This document shows positions 43,948 to 53,146 of a DNA stretch of 64,000 nt, piece by piece. Origin of the DNA: an uncultured beta proteobacterium (GTDB lineage Bacteria; Pseudomonadota; Gammaproteobacteria; Burkholderiales; Casimicrobiaceae); contig CAVSDL010000008.1 in NCBI GenBank assembly GCA_963726775.1, forward strand, positions 105,063 to 169,062, read 5' to 3'. The translations under genes and the position numbers were made by a program. The notes beneath the pieces were generated by a model. The model was not told where the DNA came from, ran no database searches, and saw only the letters and a list, made by a program, of their open reading frames with translations. Numbering within the stretch: the stretch's first letter is position 1; each line of letters begins with the position of its first letter.

Positions 43948-44985
43948 TTACTTCGGCGCGGACTTGGTGTCGTAGCGCTTGGTCCACTCGGCCAGAATCT
44001 TCGCGCGCTCCTGGCCCATAACGGCGAGATCGATCTTGACCATCGCCGCGTCGGCGGAGGGCGGATAGTTCGGCGGCGCGGGATTCAGGCCGGGATAGCC
44101 GACGATCGCGTAGTACTTGCCGTAGAGCTCGTAGGCACCCTTGGTGACCGCAAAATCCGCGAGCTTCTGCGCCGCCGCCAGGTTCTTGGTCCCTTTGAGT
44201 ATCGCCGTGGCTTCCATGTCCCACGGCGCGCCTTCCTTGGCCAGGATGATGTCGATCGGCGCGCCGCCGGTCTTCTCCTTGGCGCCGCGCATGTCGAAGC
44301 CGATGCCGATCACGCGCTCGCCCTTCGCGGCCTGCACGCACGGGGCCGAACCCGAATGCGTATACACCGCGATGTTCTGGTGCAGCTTGTCCATGAATTC
44401 CCAGGCCGCCTTTTCGCCCATGATCTGGATCCAGGCATAGACCGCCTGGTACCCCGTCCCCGACGAGGCCGGGTTGGGCATCACGATCGAATCCTTGTAG
44501 ACCGGGTTGGCGAGATCGGTCCACGACGCCGGCTTGGGCAGGTTCTTCTTGCCGCCTTCGACGGTGTTGTAGCACATGACCGCGAGCCACGCGTCCAGTC
44601 CGGTCCAGGTGACCGGGTTCTTGCTGCTGCGGAACGTCGGCTTCACCTGGTCCACGCCCTTCGGCGTGTAGCCTTCGAGCAGGCCCATCGAATCGAACAG
44701 CGCGATGCTGGACGCGCCCAGGCCCCAGATGACGTCGGCGCGCGGGTTGTCCTTCTCCGCCAGCACCCGTGCCGTGACCACGCCCGTCGAGTCGCGGACC
44801 CAGGCAATTTCCACGTCGGGATTCACGGCCTCGAAGGCCTGCTTGTAGGGCCCGAGTTGGTCCGGTTCGAGCGCGGTGTAGACCGTGATCTTGGTCTTTT
44901 GCGCGAAAGCCGGGCCGGCGATCAATGCCGCGATGGCGATGGCAGCCGCGCCGGCAATCAGGCTGCGTAGAGTGGATTTGAACAT
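43948..44985 (-). CDS. ABC transporter periplasmic substrate-binding protein (Fe3+/2-aminoethylphosphonate-type family)
   Basis: The signal peptide is MFKSTLRSLIAGAAAIAIAALIAGPAFAQ. The mature part begins KITVYTALEPDQLGPYKQAFEA..., typical of this SBP family. Confidence 0.85.
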   Translation of the reverse strand: MFKSTLRSLIAGAAAIAIAALIAGPAFAQKTKITVYTALEPDQLGPYKQAFEAVNPDVEIAWVRDSTGVVTARVLAEKDNPRADVIWGLGASSIALFDSMGLLEGYTPKGVDQVKPTFRSSKNPVTWTGLDAWLAVMCYNTVEGGKKNLPKPASWTDLANPVYKDSIVMPNPASSGTGYQAVYAWIQIMGEKAAWEFMDKLHQNIAVYTHSGSAPCVQAAKGERVIGIGFDMRGAKEKTGGAPIDIILAKEGAPWDMEATAILKGTKNLAAAQKLADFAVTKGAYELYGKYYAIVGYPGLNPAPPNYPPSADAAMVKIDLAVMGQERAKILAEWTKRYDTKSAPK

Positions 44986-45201
44986 TGCAAGGCCTCCTCA
45001 GTAGTGAACTCGACTGGCACCGAACTGATCGCACAAGCCGGCCCAGGTTTCCCCGTCCGCCATTCCACCCGAAACGGAGGGGACAGTAAAGCGAATTGAT
45101 AAGCAATCCACCCGTTTCTCGCGCTCCGGCAGGGGGCACCCACGGGGTGGGAAGGCGACCGAGAGCGATCCGGCCGCTGGGCATGGCATGCCAATCCGAC
45201 C

Positions 45202-46257
45202 TTATCGGCGATCCTGTGGCCGCTGGCCGCGCCGGCGCGCCGGGCCGGCGCCGGGGGCGGCACCCGCCTGGCGACCGAGATCGCCGCGCCATTGCGCGAG
45301 CGCGCCGCTGGAAACCTCGCCAAGCGTCGCCACGACCTTCTCGAGGTCGGGGCGCGGGCCTCGCACATGCGTCTCCAATGCATCGCGCATTGCGCGAATG
45401 TGTTCCGGGGTCGTGCCGCAGCAGCCGCCGATGATGCGCGCTCCGGCGTCCAGGGCGAGCCGCGCATAGTTCGACATCAGCTCCGGCGTGCCGTCGTAGC
45501 GGATGGCGCCGTCGACGTACTGCGGGATTCCACAGTTGGCTTTGGCGACCAGTATGGCGTCGGACCCGGCGGCGGTGGCGAGATTGAGGATGCACGCCAC
45601 GACCTCGGATGCGCCTACGCCGCAGTTGGCCCCGCAGGCCATCGGGCCCGGCGTGAAGGCGCGGACCAGCGCGGCAAGCTCGGCGGGCGCCATGCCCATC
45701 ATCGTCCGGCCGTTGGTGTCGAAGCTCATCGTGCAAATAACGGGCAGTCCCGTACTGGCGGCGCCCTCGATGGCCGCTTCCGCTTCATCGCGCGCCGACA
45801 TCGTCTCGATCCACAGGATATCCACGCCGCCTCGCGCGAGCGCAGCGGCCTGTGCGGCAAAGGCCTCCCGCGCGGCGTCGAAATCCAGCGTGCCGAGCGG
45901 TGCCATGATCTCACCGGTCGGCCCCATGCTCCCGGCGACCACGATGCTGCGCTCGCTCGCGTCGGCTGCCTCGCGCGCGATCCGCGCGGCGGCTTCGTTC
46001 AGTTCCGCGACGCGCATCTCCGCCTTGTGCAAGGTGAGCCGAAAGCGGTTGCCGCCAAAGCTGTTGGTCAGGATGATGTCGGCGCCCGCGGCGATGAAGC
46101 GGCGGTGCAGGTCGGCGATGCGATCCGGGTGGTCGCTGTTCCACCGCTCCGGCGCGTCGCCGGAGACGAGTCCCGCCGCGAAAAGATTGCTGCCGGTGGC
46201 GCCATCGGCGAGGAGCCACGGACGGGTCAGGAGCAGGGTGGTGAGACGGTCTGACAT
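45202..46257 (-). CDS. Stand-alone homocysteine S-methyltransferase domain protein (BHMT / MetH N-terminal domain-like)
   Basis: ORF 45202..46257 has LLADGATGSNLF and the zinc-ligand contexts ACGANCG and GGCCGTTPEHI, typical of the Hcy-binding (S-methyltransferase) domain. Confidence 0.8.
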   Translation of the reverse strand: MSDRLTTLLLTRPWLLADGATGSNLFAAGLVSGDAPERWNSDHPDRIADLHRRFIAAGADIILTNSFGGNRFRLTLHKAEMRVAELNEAAARIAREAADASERSIVVAGSMGPTGEIMAPLGTLDFDAAREAFAAQAAALARGGVDILWIETMSARDEAEAAIEGAASTGLPVICTMSFDTNGRTMMGMAPAELAALVRAFTPGPMACGANCGVGASEVVACILNLATAAGSDAILVAKANCGIPQYVDGAIRYDGTPELMSNYARLALDAGARIIGGCCGTTPEHIRAMRDALETHVRGPRPDLEKVVATLGEVSSGALAQWRGDLGRQAGAAPGAGPARRRGQRPQDRR

Positions 46258-46425
46258 CGTAGGGCGCAGGAAGCGCGCGGGTGTCGCGGTCGGGCCGCAC
46301 TCTGCGCCGCCGCCGGGTCGCGCAAACCCGAGTATGAGGCATCAAGCGCAAGCAGATGTGCAGCGTGTCGATGCCGCGGCGCTCCGTCGGCAACCGCGCT
46401 GACATGCATGGCTACCTCGTGGCCG

Positions 46426-47571
46426 CTAATACTTGAACTTGAGGTCCGTGCCGATCATGGTCAGTTCGACGAACCTGGAGCCGTTGTGATTCCTGGCCGA
46501 GAAATTCACGACGTAGCCGCCGGCATCGTAGCTCGACATGTTGTCGAGCGCTGTCATGAACGTCTCCCGAGTCAGGTTCGATCCGGCGCGCCGAATCGCC
46601 TCGACGACCACCTTGGCCGCGATGAACCCCTCGAGCGACGTAAACGAGTATTCCTGGGTACCGAGGAGCTTGTCGATTGCCGCCCGATACTCCGGCAGCA
46701 CGGGCACCGCGGTGAAGCTGGGTGAGGGCACGACCTGAGCGATGACGACACCGACACCATCCTTGCCGAGCTCCTTCGAGAGTGCCGTCGAGCCGGGGAA
46801 CGAATTGCTCACCATCTGCGCATTCGACCCCGCCTTGCGCGCCAATTTGATGAAATCGGAAGTCGCCTTGTAGAGGGTCGTGAGGATGATCACATCGGGG
46901 TCGCCCTTCAACACTTCCTTCACGCCCGCCTCGACGTCGGGCTTGGCGCGGTCCTTGAAGGCCGCTGCCGATACGGGGGAAAGTTTGCGCTCCTTCAGCG
47001 CGCGGTCCACCGCGGTATAGTTCTCCTTGCCGACGGCGTCATCGTAATGCACGATCGCGAACCGCTTGGTGCCGAAACGCGTGTAGTGGTCGACGATTTT
47101 TTCCAACTCGTCGGCGTAGCTCGCGCGCATGTTGTAAACGTACTTGTTGAAGGCGCGCATCGGGTCGGCGCCCGTGAACGGCGCAAGGAACGGCGCCTTG
47201 TGCTTCTCGACGAAGGGAAGCGCAGGTCGCGATAGCGTTGCGCTCGCATAACCAAACAGCGCCAGCACGCTATTTTCCTCGAGCAGTTTCCGGGTGTTCT
47301 CGCCGGAACGCTTGGTGTCGTTCGCGTCGTCGAGCGTGAGAAGTTCGATCCTGCGGCCGTTCACGCCGCCGGCTTCGTTGACTTTCTTGAAGTAGGCGAG
47401 CGCGCCGTTGCGGATGTCATCGCCCAGGCTTTTGTTGCTGCCTGAAAGCGGCGCCGATTGCCCCAGCAGGATGGTCGTGCTGGTGACGCCTTGCGGCTGC
47501 GCCGTACTTGCTGCAGCAAGCAGGATCAGCGCAAGGCTCAAATTGCATGCATTCACGGACGAGCGTGTCAT
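46426..47571 (-). CDS. Periplasmic substrate-binding protein, branched-chain amino acid (LivK)-type, orphan
   Basis: The signal peptide is MTRSSVNACNLSLALILLAAASTAQP. The fold is type I SBP (ILLGQSAPLSGSNKSLGDDIRNGALAYF). There are no adjacent permease or ATPase genes. Confidence 0.8.
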   Translation of the reverse strand: MTRSSVNACNLSLALILLAAASTAQPQGVTSTTILLGQSAPLSGSNKSLGDDIRNGALAYFKKVNEAGGVNGRRIELLTLDDANDTKRSGENTRKLLEENSVLALFGYASATLSRPALPFVEKHKAPFLAPFTGADPMRAFNKYVYNMRASYADELEKIVDHYTRFGTKRFAIVHYDDAVGKENYTAVDRALKERKLSPVSAAAFKDRAKPDVEAGVKEVLKGDPDVIILTTLYKATSDFIKLARKAGSNAQMVSNSFPGSTALSKELGKDGVGVVIAQVVPSPSFTAVPVLPEYRAAIDKLLGTQEYSFTSLEGFIAAKVVVEAIRRAGSNLTRETFMTALDNMSSYDAGGYVVNFSARNHNGSRFVELTMIGTDLKFKY

Positions 47572-47733
47572 CTATCCCCTGCCGCATCCAGATCATTGTT
47601 ACGGCATGCATTGTTTGTTGCGCCGCCAACGAATGTCAAGGCCGATTCGATTTGTCCGTCGGCAAGCCGCTGCCTGGTACGCGAGAAGGCACGGCGCAAC
47701 GAATCGACAAGACGTGGTGCGATGCCGCGCGCC

Positions 47734-49794
47734 CTACAGGCTGCGCACGGCGCCGCGTCTGCTGCGTCTGCCGGTGCTTTTCGCGGCGACCTGGGCGTTG
47801 GGCAGCGTCACCGCCGCGCGAAGCCGCGGAAATGGCGCGGTCAGGTGTGGAATCGCCATCGCGTCGACGAAGAATTCCTGGAACCGCGGCGCAACGGCGG
47901 TTTCGATTTTTTCGATCCGGCGCACCAGCTCTTCGATGGTGTTCCGGGCGCGCTGGTCGAGGAGCGCAATGCGGGCGCCGGTGCCCGCGGCGTTGCCGGC
48001 GGAGCTGACGCAATCCAGCGCGCAATCGGGGATCATGCCGAGCACCATCGCATACTTGACGTCGATGTGGCTGCCGAAGGCGCCGGCGAGGCGGATCCGG
48101 TCGACGCGATCGATCTGCAGGCATTCCATCAGCAGCCGCACGCCGGCGTAGAGCGCGGCCTTGGCGAGCTGGATGGCGCGCACGTCGTTCTGCGTGATGC
48201 GCAAGGGCGCGCGGCTGTCCGTGCCACGATGAAGCTCGTAGGAAAAGGTCCGACCGTCCGCGTGGATGCGCGGATTCTTCGCCATCAACTGGCCGTCGAT
48301 GACGCCGTCGTGGCGGATCACGCCGGCGAGATACAGCTCGGCGATGGCTTCGATGATGCCGGAGCCGCAGATGCCGGTCACGCCGCTCGCTGCGGTGGCC
48401 TCGGCGAATCCCGGCGCGTCGGACCACAGTTCGCAGCCGATCACCTTGACGCGCGGCTCCAGCGATTGCGGATCGATGCGCACGCGCTCGATCGCGCCCG
48501 GAGCCGCGCGCTGCCCGCAACCGATCTGCGCCCCTTCGAAGGCCGGTCCGGTGGGGCTGGAGCAGGCGAGCAGCCGCTTGCGGTTGCCGAGCACAATTTC
48601 CGCGTTGGTGCCGATGTCGACGAGCAGTGTCATGTCATCCGACAGATCGGGACGCTCGGCCAGCACGACACCGGCCGCGTCGGCGCCGACATGACCCGCG
48701 ATGCACGGCAGCACGTAGAGGCGCGCGTTGCGGTGAACCGCGAGATCGAGCTCCGTCGCCCACAACGTGAGCGCGGAATCGGTCGCCAGCGCGAACGGCG
48801 CGCCGCCGAGCTCGACCGGGCTGATCCCGAGCAGCAGGTGGTGCATGATCGGGTTGCCGACGAACGTTGCTTCGAGAATGTCCTCGCGCGCGATGCCCGC
48901 CTGGCGCGCCACGTCGGCGACGAGATCGTTGATCGCGGCGCGCACGATGTCGGTCAATTCCTTCTCCCCGCCGGGATTCATCATCACCCACGACACGCGG
49001 CTCATCAGGTCTTCGCCGAAGCGGATCTGCGGGTTCATCGCGCCGGCCGCCGCCACGACCTCGCCGCTCGAAAGGTCGCAGAGATGGGCGGCGACGGTCG
49101 TCGAGCCGACGTCGACAGCAATGCCATAGACGCGCTCGCGAAAGCCCGGCCAGACGGCGATGATCTGGCTACCGCCATGCACGGCCACCGTCACTTTCCA
49201 GCCGCCGCGGCGGAGCGCCGGTTGCAGTTGCTGGAGGACGCGCACGTCGCAGGCGAGTCCGGTCAGCCGCCATTCGAAATCGAGCGCGTCTTCCAGTCGG
49301 CGCAGGTCGCCGGAGGGGTCATGCATGTCCGGCGGCTGCACCTCGACGTAATGCAGGCGCACGACAGGATCGAGCTCGATGTCGTGTGCTTCGGCCGCCT
49401 TGCGCACGACCTGGCGGTGAACCTGGCTGTCGGGCGGCACGTCGATCACGACGTCGCCCAGCACCTGTGTCGAGCACGAGAGCCTGCGCCCGGGCGCCAT
49501 CGACTGCGTGCGGCAATATTCCTGTTCGACCGGCCCGAACGGTGACAGATTTTCGGCGCGCGACGTCACTCCATGCTTCGCGAAATGGCCTTCCGCAAGG
49601 AGAATCTGGCAGCGGCCGCACAGTCCGCGCCCGCCGCACACGGAATCGATGTCGACGCCCAGCGAACGCGCCGCCTGCAGCAGCGGCGTGCCGAGCGGAA
49701 CGCGCGCGCGGCGGCCTGAGGGCGTGAACACGACCAGCGCGTCCCGGTCGCCGGCCGGCAACTCCTGCGCCGCGCGTTTGACAGGCGCGGACAT
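47734..49794 (-). CDS. Corrinoid reductive activase (RACE-type: [2Fe-2S] ferredoxin domain + ASKHA ATPase domain)
   Basis: ORF 47734..49935 trimmed to the ATG at 49794 (MSAPVKRAAQ...), which overlaps the upstream stop. It has the plant-type ferredoxin Cys pattern CGGRGLCGRC...C. The ASKHA motifs are GIAVDVGSTTV and LLVDIGTNAEIV. Confidence 0.8.
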   Translation of the reverse strand: MSAPVKRAAQELPAGDRDALVVFTPSGRRARVPLGTPLLQAARSLGVDIDSVCGGRGLCGRCQILLAEGHFAKHGVTSRAENLSPFGPVEQEYCRTQSMAPGRRLSCSTQVLGDVVIDVPPDSQVHRQVVRKAAEAHDIELDPVVRLHYVEVQPPDMHDPSGDLRRLEDALDFEWRLTGLACDVRVLQQLQPALRRGGWKVTVAVHGGSQIIAVWPGFRERVYGIAVDVGSTTVAAHLCDLSSGEVVAAAGAMNPQIRFGEDLMSRVSWVMMNPGGEKELTDIVRAAINDLVADVARQAGIAREDILEATFVGNPIMHHLLLGISPVELGGAPFALATDSALTLWATELDLAVHRNARLYVLPCIAGHVGADAAGVVLAERPDLSDDMTLLVDIGTNAEIVLGNRKRLLACSSPTGPAFEGAQIGCGQRAAPGAIERVRIDPQSLEPRVKVIGCELWSDAPGFAEATAASGVTGICGSGIIEAIAELYLAGVIRHDGVIDGQLMAKNPRIHADGRTFSYELHRGTDSRAPLRITQNDVRAIQLAKAALYAGVRLLMECLQIDRVDRIRLAGAFGSHIDVKYAMVLGMIPDCALDCVSSAGNAAGTGARIALLDQRARNTIEELVRRIEKIETAVAPRFQEFFVDAMAIPHLTAPFPRLRAAVTLPNAQVAAKSTGRRSRRGAVRSL

Positions 49795-50705
49795 CAGGCG
49801 CGCCGCCGCCGTCCGACCTCGCGCCGCCCGCGCGCGGCTTCGCCGTCGGCGCCGGCGACGGGCGTCTCGCGGAACTTGCGTATCCACTGCGTGCAGTCCG
49901 GATCGTGCCCCATCATCACGTCGGCGGCCAGGCACGCCTTGACGATCTCAGGGTGCAGCGGATTGGTGATCGCCGAGGTCATCCCCGAGGCGATGGCCAT
50001 CGTGAGGAACGCGGTATTGATGCCTTCGCGCTGCGGCAGGCCGAAGCTGATGTTGGACGCGCCGCAGGTCGTATTGACCTTGAGCTCGTTGCGCAGGCGG
50101 TGCACCAGTTGCATCACCTGCACGCCTGCCAATCGCACCGCGCCGATCGGCATCACCAGCGGATCGATGACGATGTCGCATGCGGGGATACCGTGATCGG
50201 CGGCGCGCTCTACGATCTTCTTCGCCACCACAAAGCGGACATCCGGATCCTGCGAGATGCCGGTCTCGTCGTTGGATATGGCGACGACCGCGGCGCCGTA
50301 TCTCCGGACCAGTGGCAGCACGCTCTCCATTCGTTCTTCTTCGCCGGTCACCGAGTTGACCAGCGCCTTGCCGCGATACGCCGCAAGCCCCGCTTCGAGC
50401 GCGGCGACGATCGAGGAATCGATGGAGAGCGGCACATCGGTCACCGACTGCACCAGCCGGATGGCCTGAGCGAGGATCGCGGGCTCGTCGGCCAGCGGAA
50501 TGCCGGCGTTGACGTCGAGCATGTGCGCGCCGGCCTCCACCTGCGCGAGGGCATCCGCCGTCACGCGGCTGAAGTCGCCAGCGGCCATCTCCGCAGCGAG
50601 GATCTTGCGCCCGGTCGGATTGATGCGTTCACCGATGATCACGAACGGCCGCTCGAAGCCGATGACGGCCTCGCGGGTGGCGGAACTGACGACGGTATCG
50701 GTCAC
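49794..50705 (-). CDS. Methyltetrahydrofolate:corrinoid methyltransferase (pterin-binding domain protein, MetH/AcsE/MtgA-like)
   Basis: ORF 49794..50705 has IIGERINPTGRK, MLDVNAG, LSIDSS and ALVNSV, typical of the pterin-binding TIM barrel. Confidence 0.8.
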   Translation of the reverse strand: MTDTVVSSATREAVIGFERPFVIIGERINPTGRKILAAEMAAGDFSRVTADALAQVEAGAHMLDVNAGIPLADEPAILAQAIRLVQSVTDVPLSIDSSIVAALEAGLAAYRGKALVNSVTGEEERMESVLPLVRRYGAAVVAISNDETGISQDPDVRFVVAKKIVERAADHGIPACDIVIDPLVMPIGAVRLAGVQVMQLVHRLRNELKVNTTCGASNISFGLPQREGINTAFLTMAIASGMTSAITNPLHPEIVKACLAADVMMGHDPDCTQWIRKFRETPVAGADGEAARGRREVGRRRRA

Positions 50706-51721
50706 GAAGCTTCCTTTTCGGGTTGCAGTTCGCGGTCGCGACCGGGGTACCAGGGCACGCGGCCGCCCAGCACGCCGGACTTCGCGATCACTTCAGCCAC
50801 GGCTTCTTCCTGCCGGTAGGCCATCACGTGAACGCCGCGCACGCCCTTGATATCGCGGATCTGCTGGACGAGTTCCACGCAGAGATTGCGGCCTTCCAGG
50901 GCCTGATTATCGGCGCCGGCGATGCGTTTGACGATTTCGTCCGGGATATGGACACCGGGTACATGGGTGCGCATCCACAAGGCGGCCTTTGCCGAGCGCA
51001 GCGGTCCCACGCCGACGAGGATGAACACCTTGTCGAGGAGGCCCAGATCGTCGACCTTCTGCATGAATGACTTGAGAAGCGGCAGGTCGTAGCAGTACTG
51101 CGTCTGGATGAACTGCGCGCCCGCGGCCACTTTTTTCGCGAGCCGGTGGGGACGCCACTCTGACGGCAACGCGAACGGATTCTCCGCCGCGCCGAAGAAG
51201 ACGCGTGGCGCATGGGTAAGCGGACGTCCGCTCTGGAACCGGCGGGCGTCGCGCAGCGTCACGCCGATGTCGAGCAGCGTCATGCAATCGAGGTCGAACA
51301 CCGGTTTCGCCTGCGGATGGTCGCCTGCCTGCACGCCGTCCCCGGTCAGGCATAGCATGTTGCACACACCCATCGCCGCGCCGCCCAGAATGTCGCCCTG
51401 GATCGCGATCCGGTTCCGGTCGCGGCACGAGATCTGCATCACCGGGGCGTATCCGATGCGCGTCAACAGCGCGCAGACGGCGAGGCTCGACATGTGGCAG
51501 TTGGCGCCGCTGCCGTCGGTCGCGTTGATCGCGTCGACATAGCCGTCGAAAACGCGCGCGCGCCGGTACACGTCGTCGGGATCGGCGGAGTCCGGGGGAT
51601 CGAGTTCGGTCGTGACCGCGAACGCACCGGCGCGCAGCACGCGCTCGAGGCGCCCCGGCGAGGTATGACCCGGCAGGATCGGCAACGGGTAGCCCGGCAC
51701 CGGCTCATCTTCGAATCTCAT
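50702..51721 (-). CDS. metF: Methylenetetrahydrofolate reductase (MetF-like)
   Basis: ORF 50702..52378 trimmed to the ATG at 51721 (MRFEDEPVPG...), which overlaps the upstream stop (ATGA). It is MTHFR-like: FAVTTELDPPD, VDAINATDG, ISCRDRN, AGAQFIQTQYCYD. Confidence 0.78.
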   Translation of the reverse strand: MRFEDEPVPGYPLPILPGHTSPGRLERVLRAGAFAVTTELDPPDSADPDDVYRRARVFDGYVDAINATDGSGANCHMSSLAVCALLTRIGYAPVMQISCRDRNRIAIQGDILGGAAMGVCNMLCLTGDGVQAGDHPQAKPVFDLDCMTLLDIGVTLRDARRFQSGRPLTHAPRVFFGAAENPFALPSEWRPHRLAKKVAAGAQFIQTQYCYDLPLLKSFMQKVDDLGLLDKVFILVGVGPLRSAKAALWMRTHVPGVHIPDEIVKRIAGADNQALEGRNLCVELVQQIRDIKGVRGVHVMAYRQEEAVAEVIAKSGVLGGRVPWYPGRDRELQPEKEAS

Positions 51722-52191
51722 GGCTGCCCCGCGGCGCGTTTCGCGGCAATCGCGCGCGCCGCCTGCAACCACGACGAGCGTCCTTCGAGCCTGCGGTCCA
51801 CCGCGAACTGCACGATGTGGACCGCGGCGCTTCCTTCGCGCATCCGCGTGCTGCCGGCGATCGCCTCGACCCAGACGCATTGCATCTGCGGATCGACTTC
51901 GCATCGGCCATCGGCGCGCACGCCGCCGCAAGGCCCGTTGCGCAGCTGCTTGGGGCAGTTCATCGGGCAGGACATGCCGGTCGCGCCCAGCACGCACTGG
52001 CCGCACATCCGGCAGTCGAAAAGCAGGCCCTTGACCACGCGCTCGAGGGCGGCGACGGGCCGCTCGAGCCGCGCGTAGCCGAGCCACGTCCAAACCGGAC
52101 CCAGGGCGACGAGCACCATTTCGAACAGGCGATAGCAGGTCTCCAGTCCACGGGCGTGGCGCACCGACCAGTGGCGCACGGCGAGCGTCAT
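51718..52191 (-). CDS. Methylenetetrahydrofolate reductase C-terminal-like zinc-ribbon protein (MetV-like)
   Basis: ORF 51718..52707 trimmed to the ATG at 52191 (MTLAVRHW...). It has a Cys-rich core CRMCGQCVLGATGMSCPMNCPKQLRNGPCGG and sits directly upstream of the metF-like gene. Confidence 0.65.
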   Translation of the reverse strand: MTLAVRHWSVRHARGLETCYRLFEMVLVALGPVWTWLGYARLERPVAALERVVKGLLFDCRMCGQCVLGATGMSCPMNCPKQLRNGPCGGVRADGRCEVDPQMQCVWVEAIAGSTRMREGSAAVHIVQFAVDRRLEGRSSWLQAARAIAAKRAAGQP

Positions 52192-52526
52192 TGCCCATCC
52201 TGTAATCCGGGAGCTGCCGGCGCGGCACTTTCTTCGATGCCGTGGGCGCGAATGAGCCGCTCGAGGTCGGCGTCGCTGTAGAGCGCCTCGAGTCGCGCGA
52301 CTTCGGTGCGGGCTTCGGCGTCGAGGTCTTCGCCGCAGGGGCGCGGCGTACTGCGCTTCCAGTCGGCGATGTAGGCATCCGAGCTGCCCTTGCCGGCGCG
52401 CATGGCGGCGCGATCGACGGCTTCCTGAAAGCGTGGCGACAGCTGCACGCGGGTCGTTTCGCGGCCCCGTTGTACGACGACCTGGGAGGGAACGTCGCGC
52501 CAGGAGATGACGATCAGCTTGGCCAT
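52188..52526 (-). CDS. Small conserved protein of the so-called virulence factor family that accompanies corrinoid methyltransferase operons
   Basis: ORF 52188..52658 trimmed to the ATG at 52526 (MAKLIVISWRDVPSQVVVQRGRETTRVQLSPRFQEAVDRAAMRAG...). The call rests on position and my recollection of this family, so confidence is moderate. Confidence 0.5.
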   Translation of the reverse strand: MAKLIVISWRDVPSQVVVQRGRETTRVQLSPRFQEAVDRAAMRAGKGSSDAYIADWKRSTPRPCGEDLDAEARTEVARLEALYSDADLERLIRAHGIEESAAPAAPGLQDGQ

Positions 52527-53131
52527 GGGCGCACGGCGCCAATTGTGGCGCGAAGGCTCCGTTCGAGCCCGCCGTAACCCGTGCGGCGGGATTCGAAGGC
52601 AAGCCCCAGGCGGCCAGCGGCGGCGCGCGCCGCGTCGATCCGCTCCGGCGTCTCGCATTGAGCCAGGTAGACGAGCCGCCGGTAGTTGCCAAAATACTGC
52701 TCGGCAAGCTCGGGATGGCGGTCGAGGCCGAGGCCGCGAATCACCAGCCGATCGAAGTGACGCAGCAGAAAATCGGTGACGTAAAAGGTGCCCGGCTCGT
52801 CCTCGGCCAGCGCCGCGAACTCAGCGGAGCCGGCAAAGAATTCATAGCAATGGGCGCCGGGGATCCGTTCCACGCCTTCCTGTGCCAGCACCGCGTCGAG
52901 CAGGCCGCCGGTGCCGCAGTCGCCATACGCGACAAATATCGAAGCGTAGCGACCGCGGTTGGCGCGTATCTTGTCGCGCACGGCGCTGGGGATGCGCTGC
53001 GGATGGTTGTGCAATTCCGCGGGCAGGCACTGCACGTCGAGATGCCGCCAGTCATTGGCCGCACGCAAGGCGGCGATCTCCCGGGCCAGCGCGCCGCAGG
53101 CGATCACGAGCACGGCAGGTGGGTAGCCCAT
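52514..53131 (-). CDS. DUF1638 domain protein (corrinoid-system accessory)
   Basis: ORF 52514..53131: LVIACGALAREI...LPAELHNHPQRIP...VAYGDCGTGGLLD...YVTDFLLRHFD. It lies immediately downstream of the corrinoid protein, as is usual for this family. Confidence 0.7.
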   Translation of the reverse strand: MGYPPAVLVIACGALAREIAALRAANDWRHLDVQCLPAELHNHPQRIPSAVRDKIRANRGRYASIFVAYGDCGTGGLLDAVLAQEGVERIPGAHCYEFFAGSAEFAALAEDEPGTFYVTDFLLRHFDRLVIRGLGLDRHPELAEQYFGNYRRLVYLAQCETPERIDAARAAAGRLGLAFESRRTGYGGLERSLRATIGAVRPWPS

Positions 53132-53146
53132 GGGCGGAGCGGCCGG

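Noticed and set aside
44986-45201. Possible riboswitch or leader upstream of the ABC substrate-binding protein gene
   Set aside because: The 216-nt leader has some GGGAAACC and GGTGCC-like strings but lacks the ordered conserved core of the cobalamin, glycine or SAM classes that I can recall. It remains unclassified.
46258-46425. SAH/SAM-type riboswitch upstream of the homocysteine methyltransferase gene
   Set aside because: The string GACGGAGCGCCGCGGC on the minus strand superficially resembles the SAH-riboswitch core (GAGGAGCGCUGCGAC). However, the pairing partner (AGGCUCGG-like) is absent.
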